A stretch of DNA of 20,000 nt from an uncultured virus (IMG/VR IMGVR_UViG_3300048926_000230) (taxonomy: Duplodnaviria; Heunggongvirae; Uroviricota; Caudoviricetes): positions 51,919 to 71,918 of IMG/VR virus record IMGVR_UViG_3300048926_000230; one strand, written 5' to 3'. Positions 1-8,149 of this stretch are shown here, one piece after another. The translations under genes and the position numbers were made by a program. The notes under the pieces are model-generated. The model saw nothing but the letters and a program-made list of their open reading frames with translations. It did not search any database and was not told where the DNA came from. Each line of letters opens with the position of its first letter. Position 1 is the first letter of the stretch.

Positions 1-108
1 AACGGACGGGGCGAGCAGCCCACCGTTAAGCTCTTCGAGAACGCCATCGACGCCCTCGCGCCGGCAGCCGTGGGCTGCGGCGTTCGGCAAATAGGCGTGT
101 TCCGTTGA
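1..108 (+). CDS. possible 3' end of a gene converging on the capsid operon (partial)
   Basis: Frame +1 is open from base 1 to TGA 106-108 (NGRGEQPTVKLFENAIDALAPAAVGCGVRQIGVFR) with GC-rich third positions. The antisense frame is also open, so the call is ambiguous. Confidence 0.3.
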   Translation, partial: NGRGEQPTVKLFENAIDALAPAAVGCGVRQIGVFR

Positions 109-144
109 CAACGGAACGGGTGAATTAACCGAACAGTGACCACC

Positions 145-182
145 GAAAGGCCGAGCACCCGCTATATGGTGCTCGGCCTTTC
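145..182. terminator. probable bidirectional intrinsic terminator downstream of capsid gene
   Basis: Perfect 15-bp inverted repeat GAAAGGCCGAGCACC (145-159) / GGTGCTCGGCCTTTC (168-182) with 8-nt loop, about 30 nt after the capsid stop. Confidence 0.8.
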
Positions 183-214
183 ATGGTTACTGAGATGCGC
201 TTGCGCGCAACGCC

Positions 215-1594
215 TTACGCGAAGGTCGGCGCGGTGAGAGCGGTACCGGTGATTTCGGCAATGCTCTCCGAGTGGCGCTCAGCGGTGAACGCCAAGAAGC
301 CGTAGACCTGCAGCAGGATCGTCAGGTTGTCGGCCCGCGTCTGGTCGAAGGTCCGGGTACGGATGCCCGATTCGAACAGGAGCAGGTCGCTCGCGCGCAG
401 GATGTGGACGACATCCTGGTTGGTGCCGGCACCGAGGTTGGTCGGCAGCAGCGGGTCGGTGTACACGGGCAGGCCGTGCAGGTTGCCCACGTAGCCGGCG
501 GTGATGACGCCGCCGTGCGTACCGATCAGCGGGGTGCTCGCGTTGGACGAGCCCGAGATCAGCGGCACGTCGTTGGCGGTGAACACCGCCTGCAGCTGAG
601 ACCAGCGCCGCGGGTGCATGACGATGACCTCGGCCGGCAGGGTGCGCTGAGTACCCACGCGCTGGATCGCGTCAGCGATCTTCGCGTAGAGGGTCTTGGC
701 CTTCGACAGCTCGTTACCGGCGTCGGTCGCGGTGATCGTGGTGATGCCAGAGGCATTCCGGACGCCCTTGACCTGGCCCGAGGTATTCGAGCCGTTGATG
801 ACCTGCAGGTTGAGCTTGTTCGCGTAATCCGCCGAGAGATCCCGGAAGATGATCTCGTCGAAGTTCAGCGGCGACTGCTCCAGCGCCTGGATGGACAGGG
901 CCTGCGCACCCGCGATGGTCTTGACCTGCGCCGAGACGAAGGTGTCGGTCAGGTCGACCTCGGTGATCGCGGTGTTGTCCGCGGTCTGGATGCCGGTCGA
1001 GGTGCCGGTCGCGATCTTCGGGATCGAGATCGAGTCCGTGCCGCCGGGCAGCGGCTCAGACGGCGCCAGGTTGGCGTAGACCCGACCCGGGCGGGACAGC
1101 TCGATGAAGCGGTCCATCAGCCATACGGGCGGAACCAGGTAGCCGCCGGTGCCGTCGGTCCGGTTCAGGGCGCGGACCTCATTGGCGTGCGCATTCAGGC
1201 GCGCCTGCACCTGATCGTCACCCATGTTGAAGGCGCGGGCCAGCATGTCCTGGACGTAGGACTTGCCGTTACCCTTCTCATAGGTGCGGTGCTCGTTGGT
1301 GACGGTCACGGTCGTGGTGGGACGGGTCACGTTGCGGACCTCCTCGGTGTGGCGGCCGGCGCGCGCAGCCTCGGCTTCCAGGTCGGTGATCTGGCTGGAC
1401 AGGTCGTCGACCCGGTCCTGCTTGGCCTTGACGCTGGCGGTAGCCGCGCGGAAGGCGGTGTCCTCGTCCTCGGTCAGGTCGGCGTCGCCGCGGGCCTCGA
1501 CAGCGTCGAGAACGGCGTCACGGGCGGTGATTTCGGCGTCGATCTCGGCCAGGAGGGCGGCGCGAGCTTCGATCAGCTTCTGCAAACGATCCAC
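215..1594 (-). CDS. HK97-family major capsid protein with N-terminal coiled-coil (delta/scaffold) domain
   Basis: 459 aa. Helical acidic N-terminus, then 'TDGTGGYLVP', 'INGSNTSGQVKG', 'IVMHPRRW', 'LHGLPVYTD' motifs typical of HK97-fold capsids. GAAAGGAG RBS before GTG. Follows portal and protease. Confidence 0.93.
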   Translation of the reverse strand: MDRLQKLIEARAALLAEIDAEITARDAVLDAVEARGDADLTEDEDTAFRAATASVKAKQDRVDDLSSQITDLEAEAARAGRHTEEVRNVTRPTTTVTVTNEHRTYEKGNGKSYVQDMLARAFNMGDDQVQARLNAHANEVRALNRTDGTGGYLVPPVWLMDRFIELSRPGRVYANLAPSEPLPGGTDSISIPKIATGTSTGIQTADNTAITEVDLTDTFVSAQVKTIAGAQALSIQALEQSPLNFDEIIFRDLSADYANKLNLQVINGSNTSGQVKGVRNASGITTITATDAGNELSKAKTLYAKIADAIQRVGTQRTLPAEVIVMHPRRWSQLQAVFTANDVPLISGSSNASTPLIGTHGGVITAGYVGNLHGLPVYTDPLLPTNLGAGTNQDVVHILRASDLLLFESGIRTRTFDQTRADNLTILLQVYGFLAFTAERHSESIAEITGTALTAPTFA

Positions 1595-1629
1595 TAGGGA
1601 TCTCCTTTCGGATTTTGGGCACGAATAGG

Positions 1630-1770
1630 CCCGGGCACTGGGTCATTGGGGAGCCCCGCATGTGCCATGACGGGGTCGCGCCCTCCCCCAGGTGCTTTAG
1701 GAGGACACTTCAAACGGCCCCCAGTGCCAGGGAGCAATTCGCGAAAGAACAAGCGAGGGAATGACCCTCG
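1630..1770 (-). promoter_or_regulatory. structured intergenic RNA leader of capsid gene
   Basis: Nested inverted repeats: GGCACTGGG 1634-1642 / CCCAGTGCC 1720-1728; GGGGAG 1648-1653 / CTCCCC 1683-1688; CCCCG 1654-1658 / CGGGG 1671-1675; separate hairpin CGAGGG 1754-1759 / CCCTCG 1765-1770. Confidence 0.55.
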
Positions 1771-1775
1771 GGGGC

Positions 1776-2837
1776 TTAGCGCTCAGTTAGGGCGCGAGCG
1801 AGGCGCAGGCTCATGCCGCGCTTCGGTGCTTCAGGCTCCTTGGCGACGGGCGCCGGGATGAGTTCGAGCTTTTCGAGCATCTCGATGAGTTTCGGCGCGC
1901 GTTCGTCGTTCGCGTCGACGCCGAAGTGCTCCCGTAGGGCGGCTTCGATCTCGGGACTAGCCTCGGATTCGACCGTTTCCGACTGTGCGCGTTCGGCATT
2001 CAGCCACGTGAGCACGTCGGCACGCCAAACAGCCTCGGCGGTGAGCCATTCGTAGGTGCGAATAGTCTCGTCGGCCTGGCCTTCGAATTCGCGGACGTCA
2101 TCGGCAGCCGGGTCACCGGTCTTGCCGGCCACCGGCTGTGCATCGCGGACGGCAGTGAGACGCTCCTGTGCGACCTTGAGATCCTTGACGGCATCTTCGG
2201 AGCGGACCTCGGCCAATTCGGTCTCGTCGCATTCGGCGAGATATCGCACGGCATCCGCCGCGGACCGTACGCCAATCGAGGTGTCCGGGTTGGCGCCGAA
2301 GTTCACGATGCTGACGTCACCCTTGTGCAGGGAGACCTCGGTGATGGTGCGGTACGAGTGGTTGTCGTCGTCGTAACCCTCGGCCGCCCGCCACTCCTGG
2401 GCTTTTACCCGGAACGCGAAGGACATTTCGTCCATGTCGCCGCGCTCCATCTTGACGAAGATGCCCATCGAGTCGGGATCGCGCTTGTCAAGCGTCGCAA
2501 CGACCTTCAGACCCTTCTCGTCAGCCTCCAGCACGCAGGTACCCGACTTAGTGCGGGCCAGCGGCGTGCCGGCGTGGTTGATCAAGAAGTGCAGATCAGG
2601 CTTCTCGCGGAGCGTCTTGTCAAATGCGTTGGGGTCGATGCGCTCGATGTAGCCGTAGCCGTTGGCCGGCCCGCCGTACATCTCGTACTCTTCGAACGTC
2701 GAGGCGTAACCCTCAACGACAAAGAGGTTCTCATCCTCTGCGACGTCCCGATGCTCGATGCGATCCATCGGGATCGCGCGCCACTCCGGAGAGTCGGTGA
2801 TATTTACTGGACGCGCGCGGCGAGTCAGTAGATCCAT
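1776..2837 (-). CDS. HK97-family prohead (capsid maturation) protease with C-terminal extension
   Basis: Motifs 'VEGYASTF', 'ERIDPNAF', 'LINHAG', 'PLART', 'DEMSFAFRV', 'DVSIVNFGANPDT'. Lies between portal and capsid. Confidence 0.92.
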   Translation of the reverse strand: MDLLTRRARPVNITDSPEWRAIPMDRIEHRDVAEDENLFVVEGYASTFEEYEMYGGPANGYGYIERIDPNAFDKTLREKPDLHFLINHAGTPLARTKSGTCVLEADEKGLKVVATLDKRDPDSMGIFVKMERGDMDEMSFAFRVKAQEWRAAEGYDDDNHSYRTITEVSLHKGDVSIVNFGANPDTSIGVRSAADAVRYLAECDETELAEVRSEDAVKDLKVAQERLTAVRDAQPVAGKTGDPAADDVREFEGQADETIRTYEWLTAEAVWRADVLTWLNAERAQSETVESEASPEIEAALREHFGVDANDERAPKLIEMLEKLELIPAPVAKEPEAPKRGMSLRLARALTER

Positions 2838-4057
2838 TAGTTTCCTTTCCCGCCGGTTTTGGCAGAAGTGGTTGGCGCCGTGCCCTTCTCTTGGGGCGGC
2901 GTGCCGAGTTCGACAAAGTTGGCGGGCTGTAGATGGATGTCGCCGTTCTCGATGGGTTCGCGTTCCTCAAGGGCGCGAACCTCATTGACGGACAGCCACC
3001 CGTTCTGGAGGGCGATCATGTAGGCCTCGTTGCGGCTCTTGTGGTCACCGCGCAGGAGTGCGTCGACGTTGAACTTGGAGAACTGGCCGCGGGGCAGGAT
3101 CAGGTCGAATGCCTGCTCGATGCACACCAGCCAGGGCGCCAGAGTGTCGACGACGAAGCCGATGGACATGTGCTCGATGCCCGAGCCGAACGATGTCGAC
3201 TTCTCGGTGTCGCCGAGTTTGTGCAGCGGGATGCCGAACATCATTGCGATGTCGTGCCGCTGGAAGGAGCGAGTCTCCAGGAACTGAGACTCTTCCGGCG
3301 TGATCTTGATCGACTGCCACTTCATGTTGTTGCCGAGGACGGCCGGGATGCGGCGGTTGCGGTGCGCGCGCATCCAGCTCTGCAGGGTGCGCTTCACCTG
3401 GCCCTCGTCGAGGTCCATTTCCGTGGTGAGAATGCCCGAGGGGTTCGAGGAGTCCTTGAACCATCGCAGGCCGTACTGCTCGGCCGAGAAGCCAAGGTCA
3501 ATCGTGGTAGCGGCCAAAGCAACCGGCGAAAGGCTCACCGGGCAGCCGGCTGTCGGGTAGCGCTTGATGTGGAATACATCCGCGCTGTCGACGAGCTTGC
3601 CCTTGATGCGGTACCGCGGGCGCGTCCAGTCGGCGCTGCCGTCCTTCGGGTTGTCGATGCTCACATCATCGGGATGGACGGGCAGGATGGCCGTGGGCCA
3701 CATGTTCTTGTCGCGCGCCGTCACGTAGCCGAATGCGTTGCCGGTCACCGCCAATGACTGCACCATCATCCACAGCCAGTCCCGCCAGGTCATGTCGGGA
3801 TAAGGGCTCTGAATGAGTTGCGGCATCGGCTTCACGGGCGCCCGGACGCCGTCCTTGCGCTTGTAGGCGTTCAGCGGCAGTGAGGACACCGAGTCCGCGA
3901 GGATGCGCACACAGGCGAAGAACGCCAGCAGCTTCATCGGATCGCCACCGCCACCGAAGCCGCCCACGGACTCTTCGGACCACTTCGGGAGGCTCTCAAG
4001 CTTGGTGATAGTGCGCGCTTCAGGGGCGCCAGTCCATGCCCGGCTCAGAAAACTCAT
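2837..4057 (-). CDS. HK97-family portal protein
   Basis: 406 aa. 'FACVRILADSVSSLPL', 'GNAFGY', 'PEESQFLETR', 'IAMMFGIP', 'GWLSVNEVRALE' are HK97 portal motifs. Confidence 0.95.
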   Translation of the reverse strand: MSFLSRAWTGAPEARTITKLESLPKWSEESVGGFGGGGDPMKLLAFFACVRILADSVSSLPLNAYKRKDGVRAPVKPMPQLIQSPYPDMTWRDWLWMMVQSLAVTGNAFGYVTARDKNMWPTAILPVHPDDVSIDNPKDGSADWTRPRYRIKGKLVDSADVFHIKRYPTAGCPVSLSPVALAATTIDLGFSAEQYGLRWFKDSSNPSGILTTEMDLDEGQVKRTLQSWMRAHRNRRIPAVLGNNMKWQSIKITPEESQFLETRSFQRHDIAMMFGIPLHKLGDTEKSTSFGSGIEHMSIGFVVDTLAPWLVCIEQAFDLILPRGQFSKFNVDALLRGDHKSRNEAYMIALQNGWLSVNEVRALEEREPIENGDIHLQPANFVELGTPPQEKGTAPTTSAKTGGKGN

Positions 4058-4257
4058 TCAGCCACCACAATCTGCTTTGGCGACTTCTTAGGCGGGTCGA
4101 CAGCCAAGCCGACGACGAACAGCAAGATGCCGCCGATAATGAAGGCCAGCCAGGGCGCCAGGAGGTAGCAGCCCGTGGTCACCGCGGCGACGCCGGCGAG
4201 TTCGAATAGCCCGGAAAGAATTGGGCGATAGTCAATCTGCCGAGAAGGCTCGGTCAA
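4054..4257 (-). CDS. small two-helix membrane protein between terminase and portal
   Basis: 67 aa with two hydrophobic segments. 4-nt overlaps with both neighbours; position typical of HK97-like modules. Confidence 0.8.
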   Translation of the reverse strand: MTEPSRQIDYRPILSGLFELAGVAAVTTGCYLLAPWLAFIIGGILLFVVGLAVDPPKKSPKQIVVAE

Positions 4258-5870
4258 TTTTCCTCCTCGTCATAGAGCCAGGCGTCGAAGTTCTCGTCGC
4301 CCCAGCTATCGATTTCTTCGTCGGTTGCGGTGTAGATGAATGCCTCGACCGGCCTGGCGCCGTGGGCGATTACCGCCCAGCGGGCGAGAGTGATGGCCAT
4401 TAGGCGGGAGTACGAGGCGTCGTCGACCTCGTCGTCCCACACGAACCCGCCGCTCGGCAGGTCGCGCTTGATGGCGTTAGAGACTGAACTGGTGAGACGT
4501 GGGTCGTTGCCGTGGGAGATAACGGGAATACCCGCCGCGAATACGTCATTGAGCAAACCGCCGCAGCCCTGCGCCTCCTCCGTGATGGAGGGAACGATGG
4601 GCTCCACGCCAATGGCGCGGATGTCGGGCAGGATGTCGCTAGCCGCGCCGCGGCCGACGATGATCGCCGCCACGTCCCACGACGTGATGATCTCCAAGAA
4701 GTACTTGAGGACGACGTCGGCGGGCTCAGTGCCCGAATAGCCAACCTCCATATGGATTCGGTTGATGACCGTCTGGGAGTCCTCGTTGAACTCCTCAGTG
4801 CGCCACGCCGCGGCAATCGTCCACGGACCGCCCTCAGGGGCCCGGTAGATCGCGACCACGGGGCGACCGGTGAAGATCGGCTCCAGGTCGATCAGAGCCT
4901 CCCAGCGCGCGCGCGGGATCTCAGAGCGGCCGTCACCAAAGGCTGGCCAGTCGCCGACGCCGAGTCGGTCAACGCCGAAGTCGCGAAGGTTCGCGACCAT
5001 CTCCTGGTACTCGTCGGCGATCTTGTCCTCGGTCTGGCGATATCCCAAGCCGGGGTTGGCCATTGCCCAGTACTTGCGCTCGCCGAACTTCTTCGGGTCG
5101 AGGTCGTCGGGGGCGGACCACTCCAGGAAACAGAGACGGTTGCGCTCGCCGGACTCCAGTTGCTGGAGCGCGCGGTAACGGACGCCGCCGAAGGTTCCGC
5201 AGTGCGGGTGGGTGCGCTGATCCGCCGCGGTGCCGGTGTAGATCACCTGCGGGTTGGGCCGGGCCGACACGGTAGGCAGTAGGGCCTTCAGCGATCCCGG
5301 GGTGATGTGCATGGCCTCGTCGAGGATCAGGCGGTCAGCGGTCAAGCCGATGCCCGAGCGGTCCGTACGGGTTTGGAACATGATCTTGGCGCCCGGGTTG
5401 GGGCCATCCAGGATCTCGATGCTCTCGGCGCCGTGGGCCTGCTTCGCCTTGTACTTCAAGCCGGACTTGGCGAGCAGCGATTCGAGACGCTCCATCGCGT
5501 TGACGGCGGTCTTGAACTCGTGGGCGGAGTGGATGATGAGGCGCTCACCGAACAGGATCAGGCCGGCCAGCTCCAGGGCTTCGAGGATCGAGCCCTTCCC
5601 GTTCTGACGCGAAACCACAAGGCCCACAGAGAAGGCGGCCCACTTGGCAACCAAGTCACCGGTGTCGAGTTCGACGAACTCGTCGGTTTCCTTCAGGGCC
5701 TCGTGTACGGCGAGTTCCTGCCACGGGTCGAGGAATAGGCCGCAATCCGCGGCGAGGTCAATAGCGTCCTGGCCAGAGGAGGAATTAGCTTCCGGGGCTA
5801 GCCAGATCCTTGGTTCCTGAATTCCTCTTAGCGGCAAGTCGTTCGGCGCGCTTAACAGCGAGCTGGTCAT
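4254..5870 (-). CDS. terL: terminase large subunit
   Basis: Adenine-binding 'LDPWQ', Walker A 'SRQNGKG', Walker B 'LILDE', coupling motif 'YTGTA', 'WAMANPGLG'. Start may lie slightly downstream (overlaps TerS). Confidence 0.95.
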   Translation of the reverse strand: MTSSLLSAPNDLPLRGIQEPRIWLAPEANSSSGQDAIDLAADCGLFLDPWQELAVHEALKETDEFVELDTGDLVAKWAAFSVGLVVSRQNGKGSILEALELAGLILFGERLIIHSAHEFKTAVNAMERLESLLAKSGLKYKAKQAHGAESIEILDGPNPGAKIMFQTRTDRSGIGLTADRLILDEAMHITPGSLKALLPTVSARPNPQVIYTGTAADQRTHPHCGTFGGVRYRALQQLESGERNRLCFLEWSAPDDLDPKKFGERKYWAMANPGLGYRQTEDKIADEYQEMVANLRDFGVDRLGVGDWPAFGDGRSEIPRARWEALIDLEPIFTGRPVVAIYRAPEGGPWTIAAAWRTEEFNEDSQTVINRIHMEVGYSGTEPADVVLKYFLEIITSWDVAAIIVGRGAASDILPDIRAIGVEPIVPSITEEAQGCGGLLNDVFAAGIPVISHGNDPRLTSSVSNAIKRDLPSGGFVWDDEVDDASYSRLMAITLARWAVIAHGARPVEAFIYTATDEEIDSWGDENFDAWLYDEEEN

Positions 5871-6177
5871 GTGAGGACTTCTCTCCGGATGATGCCTCCG
5901 GCAATTCGGAAATGCCCATCTTGGCGAGAATTGTCGTGAAGGCGCTTAGTAGTTGGCGGTGCTCGGAGATCAGCGGGTTGGCCGTCTCGGTGCCCTGCCC
6001 ATTGATGACGGTGAGCCGGGGGTCGAGCTGGAATTCCGCGTCGATCCGGTCCAGCGTGTCCGCCATGCGGGCGACGTTGAGGCACTGAGCCCTATGGATT
6101 GCGTCGACTGGGCGCCCCTTGATGAGGGCCTCGTACACCGCCCGGCCGCGCTCGGCGAGGACGTCGTCGAAGTCCAT
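5785..6177 (-). CDS. terS: terminase small subunit
   Basis: 130 aa helical protein directly upstream of and overlapping terL. 'ANPLISEHRQ...ILAKMGI' and C-terminal 'DQLAVKRAERLAAK' match actinophage/P27-type TerS. ATG at 6177 overlaps the upstream TGA. Confidence 0.8.
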   Translation of the reverse strand: MDFDDVLAERGRAVYEALIKGRPVDAIHRAQCLNVARMADTLDRIDAEFQLDPRLTVINGQGTETANPLISEHRQLLSAFTTILAKMGISELPEASSGEKSSHDQLAVKRAERLAAKRNSGTKDLASPGS

Positions 6178-6530
6178 CAATCCGAGAAGCTTTCCGACCA
6201 GGCCACATGGTCGGCGGACACGTGCACGCGCTCGCCACTCCAGCCGTCAAGCCAGTGGTTGCCCTTTCGTCGGGCACACTCGGAAACACGCCCACCGGCC
6301 ACGGTGATCGTCGCACCGCACGCGGCGCCGGGCTCCTCATTGGGTTCGAGCTGCTCCGGATGGCTGGGTAGTTGTCCTCGCAAGTAGGCCAGCCAGCGCG
6401 TGTCATCCTCGGCTCGAATTGCTTCAGCTACATCGAGACTCGTGACATTTCCCTCGCCATACACTGCGATGAGTTCGTCGATGACGCGGCGAACTTGGGC
6501 ATCACGGTCGGGAATGGTGATGGGGCACAT
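6177..6530 (-). CDS. hypothetical protein with C-terminal Cys/His motif
   Basis: 117 aa from ATG 6530 with AAGGAGG RBS (MCPITIPDR...CGAT...ECARRKGNH...VH). The longer 6800 start is out of context. Confidence 0.75.
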   Translation of the reverse strand: MCPITIPDRDAQVRRVIDELIAVYGEGNVTSLDVAEAIRAEDDTRWLAYLRGQLPSHPEQLEPNEEPGAACGATITVAGGRVSECARRKGNHWLDGWSGERVHVSADHVAWSESFSD

Positions 6531-6661
6531 TAGTCCTCCTTGGTGATCACCCAGGGTTGCTCGAATGCCACACCGAGTCGCGGCACGATGTAGACCTCGC
6601 CGGCTGGGAACGTGTCGAGAAGCTGGCCAAGGAGGCTGCCTTCGAGATTTAAAGGGCCCAC
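6530..6661 (-). CDS. small hypothetical protein (43 aa, not in ORF track)
   Basis: GTG 6661, VGPLNLEGSLLGQLLDTFPAGEVYIVPRLGVAFEQPWVITKED, AGGGA upstream, TAATG coupling to next gene. Fills the gap exactly. Confidence 0.6.
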   Translation of the reverse strand: MGPLNLEGSLLGQLLDTFPAGEVYIVPRLGVAFEQPWVITKED

Positions 6662-7620
6662 TTGTAATCCCTGTTGAGCTTGTCGATCTTCTGCTGCAAC
6701 TCCTCCACGGGCGTTGCGTTGAAGGTTTGGTAGAGGTACGGGTGTTTGGAGGCCGCCAGCATCGGGCGCAGTTCCTCCAGGCGCTCGGGAGTCGCATCAA
6801 CGCCGTCGAGGACCAGAACGTCAGCCATCAGGCCGACGCCGGAGTACTTGGAGTTGGCCAGGAACAGGATCTCGCCGCCCGAGCGCAAGAACTTGATGCG
6901 CTCATTGCTGTGGGCGGTGAAGATGCGAATGTCATCCTCGATCCAGCGCTTCCCGATATCCTTCTGGACGTCAAGGGCTTTCCCGAATCGGCTGGCGATG
7001 TATACAACTCGCTTGCCGTCCATGGCGTGCGAGATCATCGCCTCGATCAGTCGTTCGGTCTTGTCGAGTCCGGTGACGGTGATCTCTTGAATGCCGTCGG
7101 TACCCGAGTCGTTCCACGTGCCGCTGGCTACTAGCGCCGGGAAGTTGGCGATACCCTCAGGCGCGTTGATGGTGAATTGCTGCGCATCCACCGCGGCGAT
7201 AGAGCCACCGCCATTGGGCGAGATCGTGATGAAAGGCTTCTGCGGCGTGGTGGACAGATGCCAGCCACGCTCCTTGAGGACCGCCAGCAGCTCTTCAGCC
7301 GTCGCAGTACGGGCGTCGACGACGGGCTCAGGCTCCGGGAGCGGTTCGGCCAGATCCTCGTCGAGGAAAACTGGCTCATGATCCGCGGGCGCCGGCTCGC
7401 GGAAGACCTTCACCGAGCGCGCGAACACCGTCATCGTGACGGTGGCGCACTTACTCTTGCTTCCAACCCCTTGGACGGTGATGTTCGCGTCCTCGGGCAA
7501 GAGGACTTCCATGCCGTTGATGCGAAGGTTCGTCGCCTTAACGGGAACGGCCTCGGCGAAGTCCCGGCGGTGGGTCTCGTAGATCTCGATATCGAGCGGA
7601 GTGAATTGGTCAAGCGGCAC
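6649..7620 (-). CDS. two-domain protein with C-terminal degenerate terminase-ATPase-like domain
   Basis: Residues ~178-303 align colinearly with TerL in this window (SGVGLMADVLVLDG vs SGIGLTADRLILDE; AHSNERIKFL vs AHGAESIEIL; TPERLEELRPMLAASKHP vs TPGSLKALLPTVSARPNP). Confidence 0.8.
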   Translation of the reverse strand: MPLDQFTPLDIEIYETHRRDFAEAVPVKATNLRINGMEVLLPEDANITVQGVGSKSKCATVTMTVFARSVKVFREPAPADHEPVFLDEDLAEPLPEPEPVVDARTATAEELLAVLKERGWHLSTTPQKPFITISPNGGGSIAAVDAQQFTINAPEGIANFPALVASGTWNDSGTDGIQEITVTGLDKTERLIEAMISHAMDGKRVVYIASRFGKALDVQKDIGKRWIEDDIRIFTAHSNERIKFLRSGGEILFLANSKYSGVGLMADVLVLDGVDATPERLEELRPMLAASKHPYLYQTFNATPVEELQQKIDKLNRDYKWAL

Positions 7621-7632
7621 TAGGTGTTCCCC

Positions 7633-8043
7633 CTATTGCTGGTTCACCGCCGCCATGAAGACTGGCCAGGGCATCGCTGGCGTATATGGCGCGTCGGCTT
7701 TTGAGGTATCTGTGGGCGCGTAGGCGCGGTCGTTGAGCCCCTCGCCACGCATGCGGTTGCATTCGGCGTGGAGGAGGCGATCTGGCGGGAGCACGGGCTC
7801 ACCGCGGCGCAGAGACTCCGCGCGAGACATCTTGGAGTGATCGCCCTGAAGGACGCCATTGCCCCGCCGGCCGGGGTCGGACTTGTCGTAGTCGTAGTTC
7901 AGCGTGGCGTCGAGCCACATGGGCCGGCCACACCACGGCATCGGGCACGGTGACCCGTCCTTGAAAACGGATCGCAGGTAAGCCACCGCTTGCTGGTGCC
8001 GCCAGCCGAGGCCCTTCTCGGTCGTTGTTTTCTTAGCTGCCAT
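7633..8043 (-). CDS. HNH endonuclease, packaging-associated (HK97 gp74-like role)
   Basis: 'GLGWRHQQ', CPMPWC, 'LQGDH', 'PDRLLHAECNRMRG' = actinophage HNH pattern. Adjacent to candidate cos and upstream of terminase. Confidence 0.85.
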   Translation of the reverse strand: MAAKKTTTEKGLGWRHQQAVAYLRSVFKDGSPCPMPWCGRPMWLDATLNYDYDKSDPGRRGNGVLQGDHSKMSRAESLRRGEPVLPPDRLLHAECNRMRGEGLNDRAYAPTDTSKADAPYTPAMPWPVFMAAVNQQ

Positions 8044-8056
8044 GGCTAGATGCCCG

Positions 8057-8143
8057 TCAGTTACGGGCCCCGCACGAGCAGCAGATCCCGCCGATGTGCG
8101 TTGTGTACTGGGTGCAATACAGGCAGAGCTTGAAATCGCGCAC
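8057..8143 (-). CDS. 28-aa Zn-ribbon microprotein (not in ORF track)
   Basis: GTG 8143 after AAGGAA; VRDFKLCLYCTQYTTHIGGICCSCGARN with CxxC...CxxC. Confidence 0.55.
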   Translation of the reverse strand: MRDFKLCLYCTQYTTHIGGICCSCGARN

Positions 8144-8149
8144 GTTGCG

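Noticed and set aside
272..1597. 441-aa + strand ORF and other long antisense ORFs (2933-3757, 4512-5282, 14532-15323)
   Set aside because: In-register shadows of well-supported genes, expected in high-GC DNA; no motifs or RBS.
6640..6665. prfB-like +1 frameshift at CTT-TAA fusing the 323-aa ORF to the 6530 gene (that frame is open)
   Set aside because: No properly spaced internal Shine-Dalgarno. The intervening DNA is better explained by a 43-aa ORF in another frame, and the 6530 gene has its own strong RBS.
6649..7620. Split terminase (separate ATPase gene) or pseudogene
   Set aside because: TerL at 4254-5870 already has a full ATPase, and this ORF is uninterrupted with its own N-terminal domain.
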